DNA from: Thermoanaerobaculia bacterium
Lineage (GTDB): Bacteria; Acidobacteriota; Thermoanaerobaculia; Gp7-AA8
Length of the DNA stretch: 31,171 nt
Direction: 5' to 3'
Assembly: GCA_039919215.1 (NCBI GenBank)
Contig: JBDSGC010000230.1
Location: 1 to 31,171, forward strand
Under the pieces are notes generated by a model. That model saw only the letters and a program-made list of their open reading frames with translations. It ran no database searches and was not told the origin of the DNA. Every line of letters begins with the position of its first letter. Position 1 is the first letter of the stretch. Positions 8,671 to 16,966 of this stretch are shown here, in pieces. The position numbers and the translations under genes were made by a program.

Positions 8671-9534
8671 TCATCGGGTGGCCGTCCTCAACCGGGCCAT
8701 CTCTTCGCGTTTCATCTGCACAAACTGCTGGATCGTCTCGCTGAAGATCTCTGTGTCCCGGCGCACCCGCATGGGAACGCGGGAGTCGTAATACTGGCGA
8801 CCCTCTTCGATCTCATCGCGAAGAATTTCGAAAAAACTGTTGTCCCGGATCCCCTGCTCCACTTTGGACGGGTGATAGATCACGATGTCGCTGAGGATGA
8901 GACGGGCCAGACGCCGGGCCTCATCCCACTCGCGGGACTCCACGGGAATCTCCTCCCCGGAACCGAGGTCCGGAAAGAGTTTGTGGATGATCTGCTGGAA
9001 CTCCTGCTCCGGAATCTGCTCCTCGATGTACTCGTCTGCGCCATAGAGATTGGTCGGATTGGCCCGGAAGCGGTTGGCCCGAAACAGTGCCCCGATGAGA
9101 ATGACCCGCACGTGGGTCTGGGCGGAATCGGCCTTGATCTCCTCGGAGACTTCCACGCCCAGCTTGCCCTTCAAATACACGTTCACGATGACCAGGTCGG
9201 TCCTGGTGTTCTGCACGAATTCGAGGGCCGGGTCACCAGTCTCGAAAAGTGTGACGTCAAAACCGCTGGAGCGCAGGTGATCGGCCAGAAAGGTGCGAAA
9301 CGGTCGCGGCTCATCGGCGATCACGGCGACGCGCCGTTTCGGTCCCGCAGCACCCGGGGGCACCGCCAGAGGGCGCGCCGGCACGGGGGCAGCGCCTGCC
9401 GGAGGGGCGGCCGCCGCAGGTTTCAGCACCATCGGGTTGCGGCAGGCAGGGCAAGCGACGCGGACGGGCTGGGTCAGCGGCAGCGCGATGGCAGCACGAA
9501 AACGGGCGTGACAGGATCGACAGGTCAGTTCCAT
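8671..9534 (-). CDS. Zinc-ribbon + pseudo-receiver + RomX-like C-terminal domain protein, 287 aa
   Basis: CRSC...CPAC; Pro/Ala linker; receiver fold with LVIVN at the phospho-Asp site; C-terminus EARRLARLILSDIVIY...GIRDNSFFEILRDEIEEGRQYYDSRV resembles Myxococcus RomX as I recall it. Confidence 0.75.
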   Translation of the reverse strand: MELTCRSCHARFRAAIALPLTQPVRVACPACRNPMVLKPAAAAPPAGAAPVPARPLAVPPGAAGPKRRVAVIADEPRPFRTFLADHLRSSGFDVTLFETGDPALEFVQNTRTDLVIVNVYLKGKLGVEVSEEIKADSAQTHVRVILIGALFRANRFRANPTNLYGADEYIEEQIPEQEFQQIIHKLFPDLGSGEEIPVESREWDEARRLARLILSDIVIYHPSKVEQGIRDNSFFEILRDEIEEGRQYYDSRVPMRVRRDTEIFSETIQQFVQMKREEMARLRTATR

Positions 9535-9537
9535 GGG

Positions 9538-10263
9538 TCAGGCCAGTAGCTTGTCCAAATCAAGAAGAATCGTCAATGCAGCAGCTTGACGAAAGATGCC
9601 GCGAATTGGCTCCCGCTCTTCGCTGGCGTGCACCACCGGCTGGGGCTGGATCTCCGACGCCTCCACTTTGACTACGCGCAGAACACGGTCGACCTCGAAG
9701 CCGAGCGTTTCACTCCCTCTCCCGACCACGATGATACGGGAGTCGGGTCCGGAGCCGGCGGATGGATGCCCGAGGCGGGCCCGTGCGTCCATGATGGTGA
9801 CGATGGTGCCGCGGAGGGAGATGATGCCCCGCACAGATCGTTCCGCGTTGGGGACCCGTGTCACGTCGCGGATCGGAATGATTTCCACGACGCGCTCGAT
9901 GCCGGCGGCGTAGTGCTCCCCGGCGATGGCGAAGGTCAGGACTTCGATGAGGTGGCCCTCTTCGCTGAGCGCGACCTGATGGACCAGCCCCTCCCGCCGT
10001 TTTCCGGCGATCTCCTTGAACCGTTCCAGTTTCGACGGGCCAGCGGGAAAGGCCTCCACTGCCGGCGGCGGGCTTCCTGCGTTCTTGAGCGGCTGGGCGG
10101 CGATCGACGAGTGCGGGAGGAGGACCGGCGGGAGCGGTGACGCCGGTTGCCCGACCGGCGCTTCGGTGCCCACGGCTTCCGGGGAGGTGTCCGGCTGGCG
10201 AGACGCCTCTACCCGGGCTTCCTGCTCTTTCGCTTTTTTGCGGAGCTTGACCAGATCAACCAT
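9538..10263 (-). CDS. cheW: CheW adaptor with about 100-aa N-terminal extension, 241 aa
   Basis: VLTFAIAGEHYA, VVEII, TRVPNAERSVRGIISLRGTIVTIMD, GFEVDRVLRV, ILLDLDKL. The start overlaps the ATPase stop (ATGGTTGA). Confidence 0.92.
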   Translation of the reverse strand: MVDLVKLRKKAKEQEARVEASRQPDTSPEAVGTEAPVGQPASPLPPVLLPHSSIAAQPLKNAGSPPPAVEAFPAGPSKLERFKEIAGKRREGLVHQVALSEEGHLIEVLTFAIAGEHYAAGIERVVEIIPIRDVTRVPNAERSVRGIISLRGTIVTIMDARARLGHPSAGSGPDSRIIVVGRGSETLGFEVDRVLRVVKVEASEIQPQPVVHASEEREPIRGIFRQAAALTILLDLDKLLA

Positions 10264-11116
10264 TCGGCTGGCCCTCTCGCAGCGGCGCGCGCGGCCCGGA
10301 TGGATCGGCGACTCGCTTCCTCAGCCGGTGCTCGCGCGCAGCCGCTTCAATCCGAGTCCGGTCAATCCGGGTCTCGTCGTCGCCGAATGCTTCGAGCAGA
10401 GCTGTCGTGGCCAGGGTATTGATCAATCGAGGGATGCCTCCGCTGATCTCGTGCAGTGCACGAACGGCGTCGTCATCGAAGGGATTCCGAGTGCCTCCGG
10501 CAACGGCGATGCGATGGGCCACGTAGGAAGCCACCTCCTCCTCCGAAAGCGGTCCCAGACGATAGCGGAATCCGATGCGCTGTCGCAGCGGCGCGTAGGG
10601 AGCGCGATCGAGCTTCGTTTCCAGCTCCGGCTGGCCGATCAGGAGCACCGACAGAAGATTCTGGTCGTCGAGTTGAAAGTTCGTCAGCAGTCGGATCTCA
10701 TCGAAGGTGGCCTTTCCCGGGATGAGCTGCGCTTCGTCGATGATCAGCACCGGCTCGCGCTTCTGCTCGAACAGCTCGAACAGCCGGGTGTGGATCTGGT
10801 CGAGAAGGTCGTTGCGGAATCGCGCCGGAGTCAACCCCAGCCCGGAAGCGATGGATCGCAGTAGCTGCGCCGGCGTCAGACGCGGGTTGATGAGCAGAAT
10901 GATCGGACGGGTGTCGGCGACGCGATCGATGAGGGCGCGCGAGATGGTGGTCTTCCCCGAGCCGATGTCCCCCACCAGCAGAGCGAGGTCCTTCTCCTCC
11001 ACTGCATACTCCAGCCGGGCCAGCGCCTCGCGATGCTGGTCTGATTCGAACAGGAACGCCGGGTCGGGCGTCTTTCCGAACGGCTTGCTGCGAAGACCAA
11101 AGAATGTTTCGAACAT
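10256..11116 (-). CDS. ExeA/GspA-family AAA ATPase, about 286 aa, with no peptidoglycan-binding extension
   Basis: FFGLRSKPFGKTPDP N-motif, Walker A GDIGSGKT, Walker B LIIDEAQ, LIGQPEL, SGGIPRLIN. Start placed at ATG 11116. Confidence 0.88.
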   Translation of the reverse strand: MFETFFGLRSKPFGKTPDPAFLFESDQHREALARLEYAVEEKDLALLVGDIGSGKTTISRALIDRVADTRPIILLINPRLTPAQLLRSIASGLGLTPARFRNDLLDQIHTRLFELFEQKREPVLIIDEAQLIPGKATFDEIRLLTNFQLDDQNLLSVLLIGQPELETKLDRAPYAPLRQRIGFRYRLGPLSEEEVASYVAHRIAVAGGTRNPFDDDAVRALHEISGGIPRLINTLATTALLEAFGDDETRIDRTRIEAAAREHRLRKRVADPSGPRAPLREGQPNG

Positions 11117-11266
11117 GCACCGGGGAGCGTCGCTCCGTCCTTGTCGTCGTGATTTGTGAGTGGACCGATCGTCTTTCTCCACAGCCGGAGAGTCCGGCCA
11201 GGAGATCAGGGACCACAGGTTACCGGAACCCCTGCGGTTCGCGATCCTCGCGCTCCAGAGGGTCGA

Positions 11267-13318
11267 CTACCCGACCACCTGCGCGCGCGATTCCCTCGCC
11301 CGTCCTCCGTAGGCCTCGATCAGCGTCCCCACATCGATGACCAGCACGATCTCTCCCTCTCCCACCTCGGTGGCGCCGGCGATCCCGGGGATCACATTCA
11401 ATCGTTCCCCGATCGCCTTGATCACCACCTCCTGCTGGCGTACCAGCCCATCCACGAGAATTCCGGCCACTTTCTCACCAGAACGGGTGACCACCACGAA
11501 CCACTTGGTGTCGGGCGTCTCTTCGCCTGCAGGCAGATTGAAGGCGTCCGCCAGGCGCAGCAGCGGAAGGGTGAAATCGCGGAGGGTGCTGACCTCCCGG
11601 CGCTCCACGGTCCGGATGTCCCGGGAGTAAATCCGCAGAGACTCCTCGACGGAAGTCAGCGGAATGGCGAACTGCTCCTGCCCTGCCCGCACGATCAACG
11701 CCTGGATGATGGCCAGGGTGATGGGAAGCATGATGCGGAAGGTGGTTCCTTTCCCGACGACGGAGAGGATCTCGATCGTCCCTTTGAGCTCCTGCAGGTT
11801 CTTCTTCACCACGTCCAGGCCGACGCCGCGGCCGGAGATCTCGCTCACCGCCGCGGCAGTGGAGAACCCCGCACCGAACAGCAATTCGTAGGCCCTCGCC
11901 GCATCGACGGTCTCCTCTGCTGAAATCACACCCCGGGCAATCGCTTCCTTGCGCACCACCGCCGGATCGATGCCCCCCCCGTCATCGGTCACGTCGATGA
12001 CCACCGAGTTCCCCTGCTGGTACGCGTTCAGGGTGATCCTTCCCAGCGCCGGCTTGCCTGCGGACTGGCGCTGATCGGGCGTCTCGATCCCGTGATCGAG
12101 GGCGTTGCGGATGATGTGCATGAGCGGATCGGTGAGCTCCTCGACCATGACTTTGTCCAGTTCCGTATCTTCCCCGCGGAGAACCAGCTCGATGGGCTTG
12201 TTCAGGTCCCGCGCGAGCTTGCGCACCGTCCGGGAGAGCTTGGCGTAGATCTGTCCGACCGGAACCATCCGCGTTTCGATCACCGACTTCTGCAACTCGT
12301 TGAGCTTGCGATCGAGATTGCGCGCGATCTTGTTCAGCTCATGGGCCACCAGTCGTGCCTGCTGCTGCCCCACTCCTCTGGTCAGCGTCTCCAGCTGTGT
12401 TTTCTGGATGATCAACTCGCCGACGATGTTCATGACCGCATCGAGCTTGGCGATGTCCACCCGCACCGTCTGGGAGATCGAGCGCAGTGAAAGCTCTTCT
12501 TCCGCCACGCCCTCGGGGACGACGGCAGCGCCGGCAGTGCCCGCCTTCCCCTCGATCATGGAGCTCGGGACTGCCAGCTCCGATTTTCTCAACGAAATCA
12601 CCACTGCCTCGGGCGCCATCGCGGCAACCGCGTCACGATTGAGGATCGATCCGTACAGCAGGCGGAAGGCAATGCCTGACCCGCCGCTGCCATCGATCGC
12701 CGGAAGGGTGGAGATCACCTCCCCTCCCTCGTTCAACGAGGCCGTCAGCGCGCGCAACTTCTCATCGAAGTCGGAGAAGTCGAAACGCACCTGCACCGAA
12801 AGGATCTGTTTCCCGCCGCGCACGTTCTCCAGCAGGCGGTGCTCCTCGTACTCGGTCAGCGACTTGCGGGTCTGCTCGTCCAGCGTGAGCTCGCTGAGGG
12901 TGTCCCCCGCTTTCTGCTGCGGCTGATTGCTGATGGAGTGATGAATTCTCCGCGCCAGCGCCGAGACATCGACCAGCGCGCCTACCGACGGATCGCTGAT
13001 GGCGATGACCAGACGGTTCAGGGAGTCCACCGAGTCGTACAGGAGGTCAATCAGCCCGCGATCGATCTCCACCTTTCCCATGCGCAGCCGGTCCAGCATG
13101 TCCTCCAGGCTGTGGGAGAGCTCGGAGATCTCACTGAAACCGAGCATCCCGGCGAGCCCTTTGAGCGAGTGGACTTCCCGGAAGATTTTGTTGATCACCT
13201 CCGGCCGGACGTCTTTGCCCTGCGACTCGAACTCCACCAGGTCGCGCGACAGCGTATCGAGCAGCTCTTCGGCCTCGCTGGTGAACTCCACTCGCGCTCG
13301 ATCGTCTTCTTTGGCCAT
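11267..13318 (-). CDS. cheA: Histidine kinase CheA (HPt-P2-dimerisation-HATPase-CheW), 683 aa
   Basis: FREVHSLKGLAGMLG, VRVDIAKLDAVMNIVGELII, HIIRNALDHGIE, DDGGGID, GFSTAAAVSEISGRGVGLDVV, C-terminal CheW-like P5. Confidence 0.97.
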   Translation of the reverse strand: MAKEDDRARVEFTSEAEELLDTLSRDLVEFESQGKDVRPEVINKIFREVHSLKGLAGMLGFSEISELSHSLEDMLDRLRMGKVEIDRGLIDLLYDSVDSLNRLVIAISDPSVGALVDVSALARRIHHSISNQPQQKAGDTLSELTLDEQTRKSLTEYEEHRLLENVRGGKQILSVQVRFDFSDFDEKLRALTASLNEGGEVISTLPAIDGSGGSGIAFRLLYGSILNRDAVAAMAPEAVVISLRKSELAVPSSMIEGKAGTAGAAVVPEGVAEEELSLRSISQTVRVDIAKLDAVMNIVGELIIQKTQLETLTRGVGQQQARLVAHELNKIARNLDRKLNELQKSVIETRMVPVGQIYAKLSRTVRKLARDLNKPIELVLRGEDTELDKVMVEELTDPLMHIIRNALDHGIETPDQRQSAGKPALGRITLNAYQQGNSVVIDVTDDGGGIDPAVVRKEAIARGVISAEETVDAARAYELLFGAGFSTAAAVSEISGRGVGLDVVKKNLQELKGTIEILSVVGKGTTFRIMLPITLAIIQALIVRAGQEQFAIPLTSVEESLRIYSRDIRTVERREVSTLRDFTLPLLRLADAFNLPAGEETPDTKWFVVVTRSGEKVAGILVDGLVRQQEVVIKAIGERLNVIPGIAGATEVGEGEIVLVIDVGTLIEAYGGRARESRAQVVG

Positions 13319-13419
13319 TCGTTGAGGGGAACTGCCGGAAATGGTACAGCCGCGTCAGGGCTGCGTGCGGGAGAAAGTTGTTGGCAAAGGAGATCGCGGC
13401 ACGCCTCGGGCAACCAGCA

Positions 13420-13439
13420 CCGCCGGCCGTGCCAGCCTA
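13420..13439 (-). repeat. REP-like palindromic hairpin, copy 2
   Basis: Minus strand TAGGCTGGCACGGCCGGCGG, starting at the TAG stop of cheY 13437..13817. Confidence 0.5.
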
Positions 13440-13817
13440 GGCGACTTTCAGCAGGCGCTGCAGCTTCTCCAGGAGATCGTCGGCCTGGAACGGCTTGACC
13501 AGATACTCCTCGGCGCCCAGTGCGGCGGCGCGACGACGGTCCTCGTCGCTCGCTTCGGTCGAGATGACCATGATGGGGATGGCCTTGTAGACGGGATGAC
13601 TCTTCAGAAAGCTCACCAGTTCCAGCCCGTTGATGTCCGGCATGTTGATGTCGGTGAGGATGGCGTCGAAGCGATGGTGGGGAAGCATCTTCAGGGCCTC
13701 GAATCCGCTCGCAGCCTCCACGATGTCGAGCTCCACGGGATGATTCCCCGACTCGATGACCGTGGTCAGGTAGGCCCGCATGGAGGAGGAGTCTTCCACC
13801 ACCAGAATCTTCAACAA
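13437..13817 (-). CDS. cheY: CheY-like single-domain response regulator, about 126 aa
   Basis: KILVVEDSSSMR, ILTDINMPDING, IST, LVKPF. TTG start at 13817 (or 13814) after GGGGG; the track's longer ORF overlaps the upstream gene. Confidence 0.9.
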   Translation of the reverse strand: MLKILVVEDSSSMRAYLTTVIESGNHPVELDIVEAASGFEALKMLPHHRFDAILTDINMPDINGLELVSFLKSHPVYKAIPIMVISTEASDEDRRRAAALGAEEYLVKPFQADDLLEKLQRLLKVA

Positions 13818-13911
13818 GCAGGCACCCCCACGCAGCGCACCCTGCCCCGTCGGATCCCCAGGCAGGAAGCGGCTTTCTTCGGCATCCTGCGCTCTGCGTT
13901 CTGCATCGGAC

Positions 13912-15789
13912 TCACCGCTCTCCTGCGCCACGCTCTGCAGCCGAGGCGGCATTCCCGAAGGCATATCCAGCCTGCGAGAGGAAAATCTCCAGACCGGCCA
14001 CGCTCTCGATCGGCCCACGCTGCTCGGCGTTGTCACCATACAGGATCCCGATGGCGCGCGCCCCATTCATGATCGGAAGGGCGGTCACTTCGGTAGGCAG
14101 CAGGCCGCCCATCGCGTTGATCAGCGCGACATTCGCCGGTGTCTTGCGCATCTTCCCGCGGTGGGTCTGGCCCGACTGCGCCACGTCCTCGAGCAGGGAT
14201 GGCGCTCCGCGCGGAATGCGCATTGCGCGGACGCGGGCATCCATGTCCGGAGCGTCCACGGTCATACCGAAACCGCCGAGGCCGACGAACTCCCGCTCGC
14301 GCACCACAAAAATTGCTCCTCGGTCGAGATATCCCTCCGATAGCCTCAGAATCGTCGAAGCCACCTCGCCGACATCGTTGGGGTCTGACAACTCGTTGAT
14401 GAGCTGCTTGAGCACCCCGAAGCTTCGCTCCACCGTCTCTTTCTCCGCCTCGTCGTAAAAGCGCTTGCCCGCGGTCGGATCGAATCCTCCAGCAAACTGC
14501 TCCCACTGGCCAAACGCCCGTTCTGCAAACAGAACCAGCTCCTCCGCAAAAAGCCGCAGCTCTTCCTCGGCCAGACCGGGCTGAAGGCGCGCAGAGGATG
14601 GTTTGGTGAGGTAGAGGTCAGCGCCCTTCGCCAGCAGATCGTGCCGGCGTCGCAGATCGGCCTCCTGGTCGATCACCACCACTGGAAGCCGAGGATTTCT
14701 GCGCTTGAGCTGCACCATCACCTGCTCGGCCTGGCCTGTCATTTCCAGAAAGGTGACGAAGAAGGTGTTGGTGCGAAGCAGGTTGGCAGTCGCCGAGCGC
14801 ACGTCCTCGAGCAAACCAAACTGCTCAATTTTCACTCCCTGCTTGCCGAACGCCCGTTTCGCAGCAACCCGGATCATGGGGTTGCTCTCGAACAGCACGA
14901 CATGACGCTGCAACGCCTCCGGCGACTGGACTTCGATCAACCCGCCGGCCACCTTGAACTTGCCGGACTTCGAAGAGAGGCGGGCGGCAGGCGCGGGCTC
15001 AGCAGCGCTCTCCATCGCCACGGGCGCGGCCGTCGCGGACGGGCCAGCAAACGGCGGGGCCGGGATGGGTTCAGACGTCGGGACCGGGCCGGCTTCCGCG
15101 GCGGGGAAGGGAACGACGTTGTCGACGGGCGCTGCTTTCGCATCCGGTGCGGCGGATGGTGCGGGCTTCTCTCCCTGCGAGCCGCCGAGGGACTGACCGA
15201 GGCCCAGATTCAATGAGGCGGGCGTCGACTCCGCGGGGGCCGAGCCACGCAACAGGGCCTTGCCGATTTTCAGAGACTCTTCCAACCCGCGCAGAGGCTT
15301 GAGCTTTTCGCCATCCACCGACGCGATGATTTTCTGGGGCGACAAACCGCCTTCGCGGAAGACCGTGTCGGCGTCGTATTCAACATCGAGAGGACTGGCG
15401 CGCTCGCTGAGGATGAAATTGAATTCCCCTTCACGGCTCTGCAGAAGCGGAGTGACGACATCGATGATCCTGCTCCGGATGGCCTCCGCCAGATCTTCCT
15501 GGGAAATCAGGTTCATCTCCACGGCGGCGGTTCCATACGGGATGCCGTTCTCCTCCATCTGTCGCAGGGTGACACCGGACCCCGCCGGGATCCGGGAGTC
15601 CCGCTCCAGCCATGTCACCAGGTCGGGATACTCAGGCGAGGAAGCGTTGACGATCAGTCCCTGCCGGAACAGCACCGTGTGACGGCCACCACGATCGACG
15701 ATCTCCAGAACGCCCGTGCGGCGACTGAGGTAAACGATCTGCACAATGTCGGTGAGGGAGAGGTCTTCCAGTCGCCCCAGCAGACTCAT
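13912..15789 (-). CDS. DUF4388 + Pro/Ala linker + pseudo-receiver + GAF-like protein, about 625 aa
   Basis: MSLLGRLEDLSLTDIVQIVYLSRRTGVL is a DUF4388 signature; degenerate receiver (VVLFES...TFLEM...GADLYLTKP); GAF-like tail (LLEDVAQSGQ...ALPIMNGARAIGILYGDN). GGGGA RBS before ATG 15789. Confidence 0.8.
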   Translation of the reverse strand: MSLLGRLEDLSLTDIVQIVYLSRRTGVLEIVDRGGRHTVLFRQGLIVNASSPEYPDLVTWLERDSRIPAGSGVTLRQMEENGIPYGTAAVEMNLISQEDLAEAIRSRIIDVVTPLLQSREGEFNFILSERASPLDVEYDADTVFREGGLSPQKIIASVDGEKLKPLRGLEESLKIGKALLRGSAPAESTPASLNLGLGQSLGGSQGEKPAPSAAPDAKAAPVDNVVPFPAAEAGPVPTSEPIPAPPFAGPSATAAPVAMESAAEPAPAARLSSKSGKFKVAGGLIEVQSPEALQRHVVLFESNPMIRVAAKRAFGKQGVKIEQFGLLEDVRSATANLLRTNTFFVTFLEMTGQAEQVMVQLKRRNPRLPVVVIDQEADLRRRHDLLAKGADLYLTKPSSARLQPGLAEEELRLFAEELVLFAERAFGQWEQFAGGFDPTAGKRFYDEAEKETVERSFGVLKQLINELSDPNDVGEVASTILRLSEGYLDRGAIFVVREREFVGLGGFGMTVDAPDMDARVRAMRIPRGAPSLLEDVAQSGQTHRGKMRKTPANVALINAMGGLLPTEVTALPIMNGARAIGILYGDNAEQRGPIESVAGLEIFLSQAGYAFGNAASAAERGAGER

Positions 15790-15868
15790 CGAATCCCCCG
15801 TGCCGGCCTGGGGCACGCGAGGAGCGGGAGGCGGAGAGGCGTGAACCGTCCGCGCGGCCAACGCAGGA

Positions 15869-15886
15869 GACCGCGGCAACGCGGTC
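15869..15886 (-). terminator. GC hairpin after nusB, with no clear U-tract
   Basis: GACCGCG-TTGC-CGCGGTC perfect 7-bp stem about 15 nt after the nusB stop. Confidence 0.3.
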
Positions 15887-15901
15887 GGGGAGCGGGAGTG
15901 T

Positions 15902-16315
15902 TCACGACGCCAGATTGTAGCGTTTCAGGATGCCGTCGAGGATTCCGTTGATGAACTGCGGGGACTTCACCGTCCCGAACTTCTTGGCGATCTCGATGGC
16001 CTCGTCGATGATCACCAGCTTCGGCGTGTCATTCTCGTGAAGAAATTCATAGATGGACATGCGGATGATGTTGCGATCCACCGCCGCCATCCGGGACAGC
16101 CGCCAGTTGTCGGCCTGCGCCGTGATCATCTCGTCGATTTCGGCCAGATGAATCACCGTCCCCTGGAAGATCTTGCTGGCGAACTCCCGCGTGTTGGGGT
16201 TCGCCTTCTGCAACTCCTCGAAGGTCTCCACGATGGTCTGGGGCGCATTCCCCGACATGTCGTGCTGGTAGAGCATCTGGAGCGCGAGCTCGCGCGCTTT
16301 TCGTCGAGCACCCAT
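15902..16315 (-). CDS. nusB: Transcription antitermination factor NusB, 137 aa
   Basis: RRKARELALQMLYQ, WRLSRMAAVDRNIIR, VIIDEAIEIAKKFG, FINGILD; follows ribH as is typical. Confidence 0.96.
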   Translation of the reverse strand: MGARRKARELALQMLYQHDMSGNAPQTIVETFEELQKANPNTREFASKIFQGTVIHLAEIDEMITAQADNWRLSRMAAVDRNIIRMSIYEFLHENDTPKLVIIDEAIEIAKKFGTVKSPQFINGILDGILKRYNLAS

Positions 16316-16328
16316 TGGTGAGAAGTTC

Positions 16329-16856
16329 TTATCCTTTCTTCGTGCCAAGAGTGGCAATCGGCACCGGGGGCTTCTGCAGCCGATCGTTCTTTGCATGGAG
16401 CGCGCGGAATAGCGTGGCCATCTCGATGGCGGCGAGCGCCGCTTCCCATCCCTTGTTGCCGCCCCCGGAAGAGGAGCGAGCAATGGCCTGCTCCATGGTG
16501 TTGCAGGTAATGACCCCGAAGGCCACCGGAATCTGCGTGTCCACTGCGATTCGAGACAGCTCGGCGGTCACCTGAGCGGCGAGAAAATCGAAGTGAGGCG
16601 TGTCCCCGCGGATGAGACATCCGATGGAGATGATGGCGTCCACGTTTCCGGTCCGAACGACGGCCATCACGGCCGCGGGGATCTCGAAGGCCCCAGGCAC
16701 CCGGACCAGGCTGACCGCGTCGTCGTCAACTCCATGGCTGCGGAGTGACGTGAGCGCTCCCTGCAACAACCCCTCGACGATCTCGTCGTTGAAGCGGCTG
16801 GCCACCACTGCGATGCGCAGCCCTTCACCATGAACATCGCCTTCGAAAGAACGCAT
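16329..16856 (-). CDS. ribH: 6,7-dimethyl-8-ribityllumazine synthase, 175 aa
   Basis: IAVVASRFN, VPGAFEIP, GCLIRGDTPHFD, PVAFGVIT, NKGWEAALAAIEM. Confidence 0.96.
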   Translation of the reverse strand: MRSFEGDVHGEGLRIAVVASRFNDEIVEGLLQGALTSLRSHGVDDDAVSLVRVPGAFEIPAAVMAVVRTGNVDAIISIGCLIRGDTPHFDFLAAQVTAELSRIAVDTQIPVAFGVITCNTMEQAIARSSSGGGNKGWEAALAAIEMATLFRALHAKNDRLQKPPVPIATLGTKKG

Positions 16857-16966
16857 GAGCGGGCGGATTAGAGCCACCCTCCGACGTTTCGGAAGGAAAC
16901 TCCGGCGCAGCGTCCAGAGAACGGAAACCGCCGCCGGGAGCCATGGGCCCACGTGACGCGGTGGGA

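Noticed and set aside
12529-12545. REP-like motif match inside cheA
   Set aside because: It encodes an Ala/Gly linker (GKAGTAGA), is not next to a stop and is plausible by chance at this GC content.
2982-15789. A hidden or frameshifted MCP or second cheW in the cluster
   Set aside because: The intergenic gaps are all about 150 nt or less and no MCP hairpin-tip motif appears in the provided translations.
16857-16966. Possible FMN riboswitch upstream of ribH
   Set aside because: None of the conserved FMN aptamer motifs is present. There is only a small hairpin (CCTTCCGA-AACG-TCGGAGGG) of unclear meaning.
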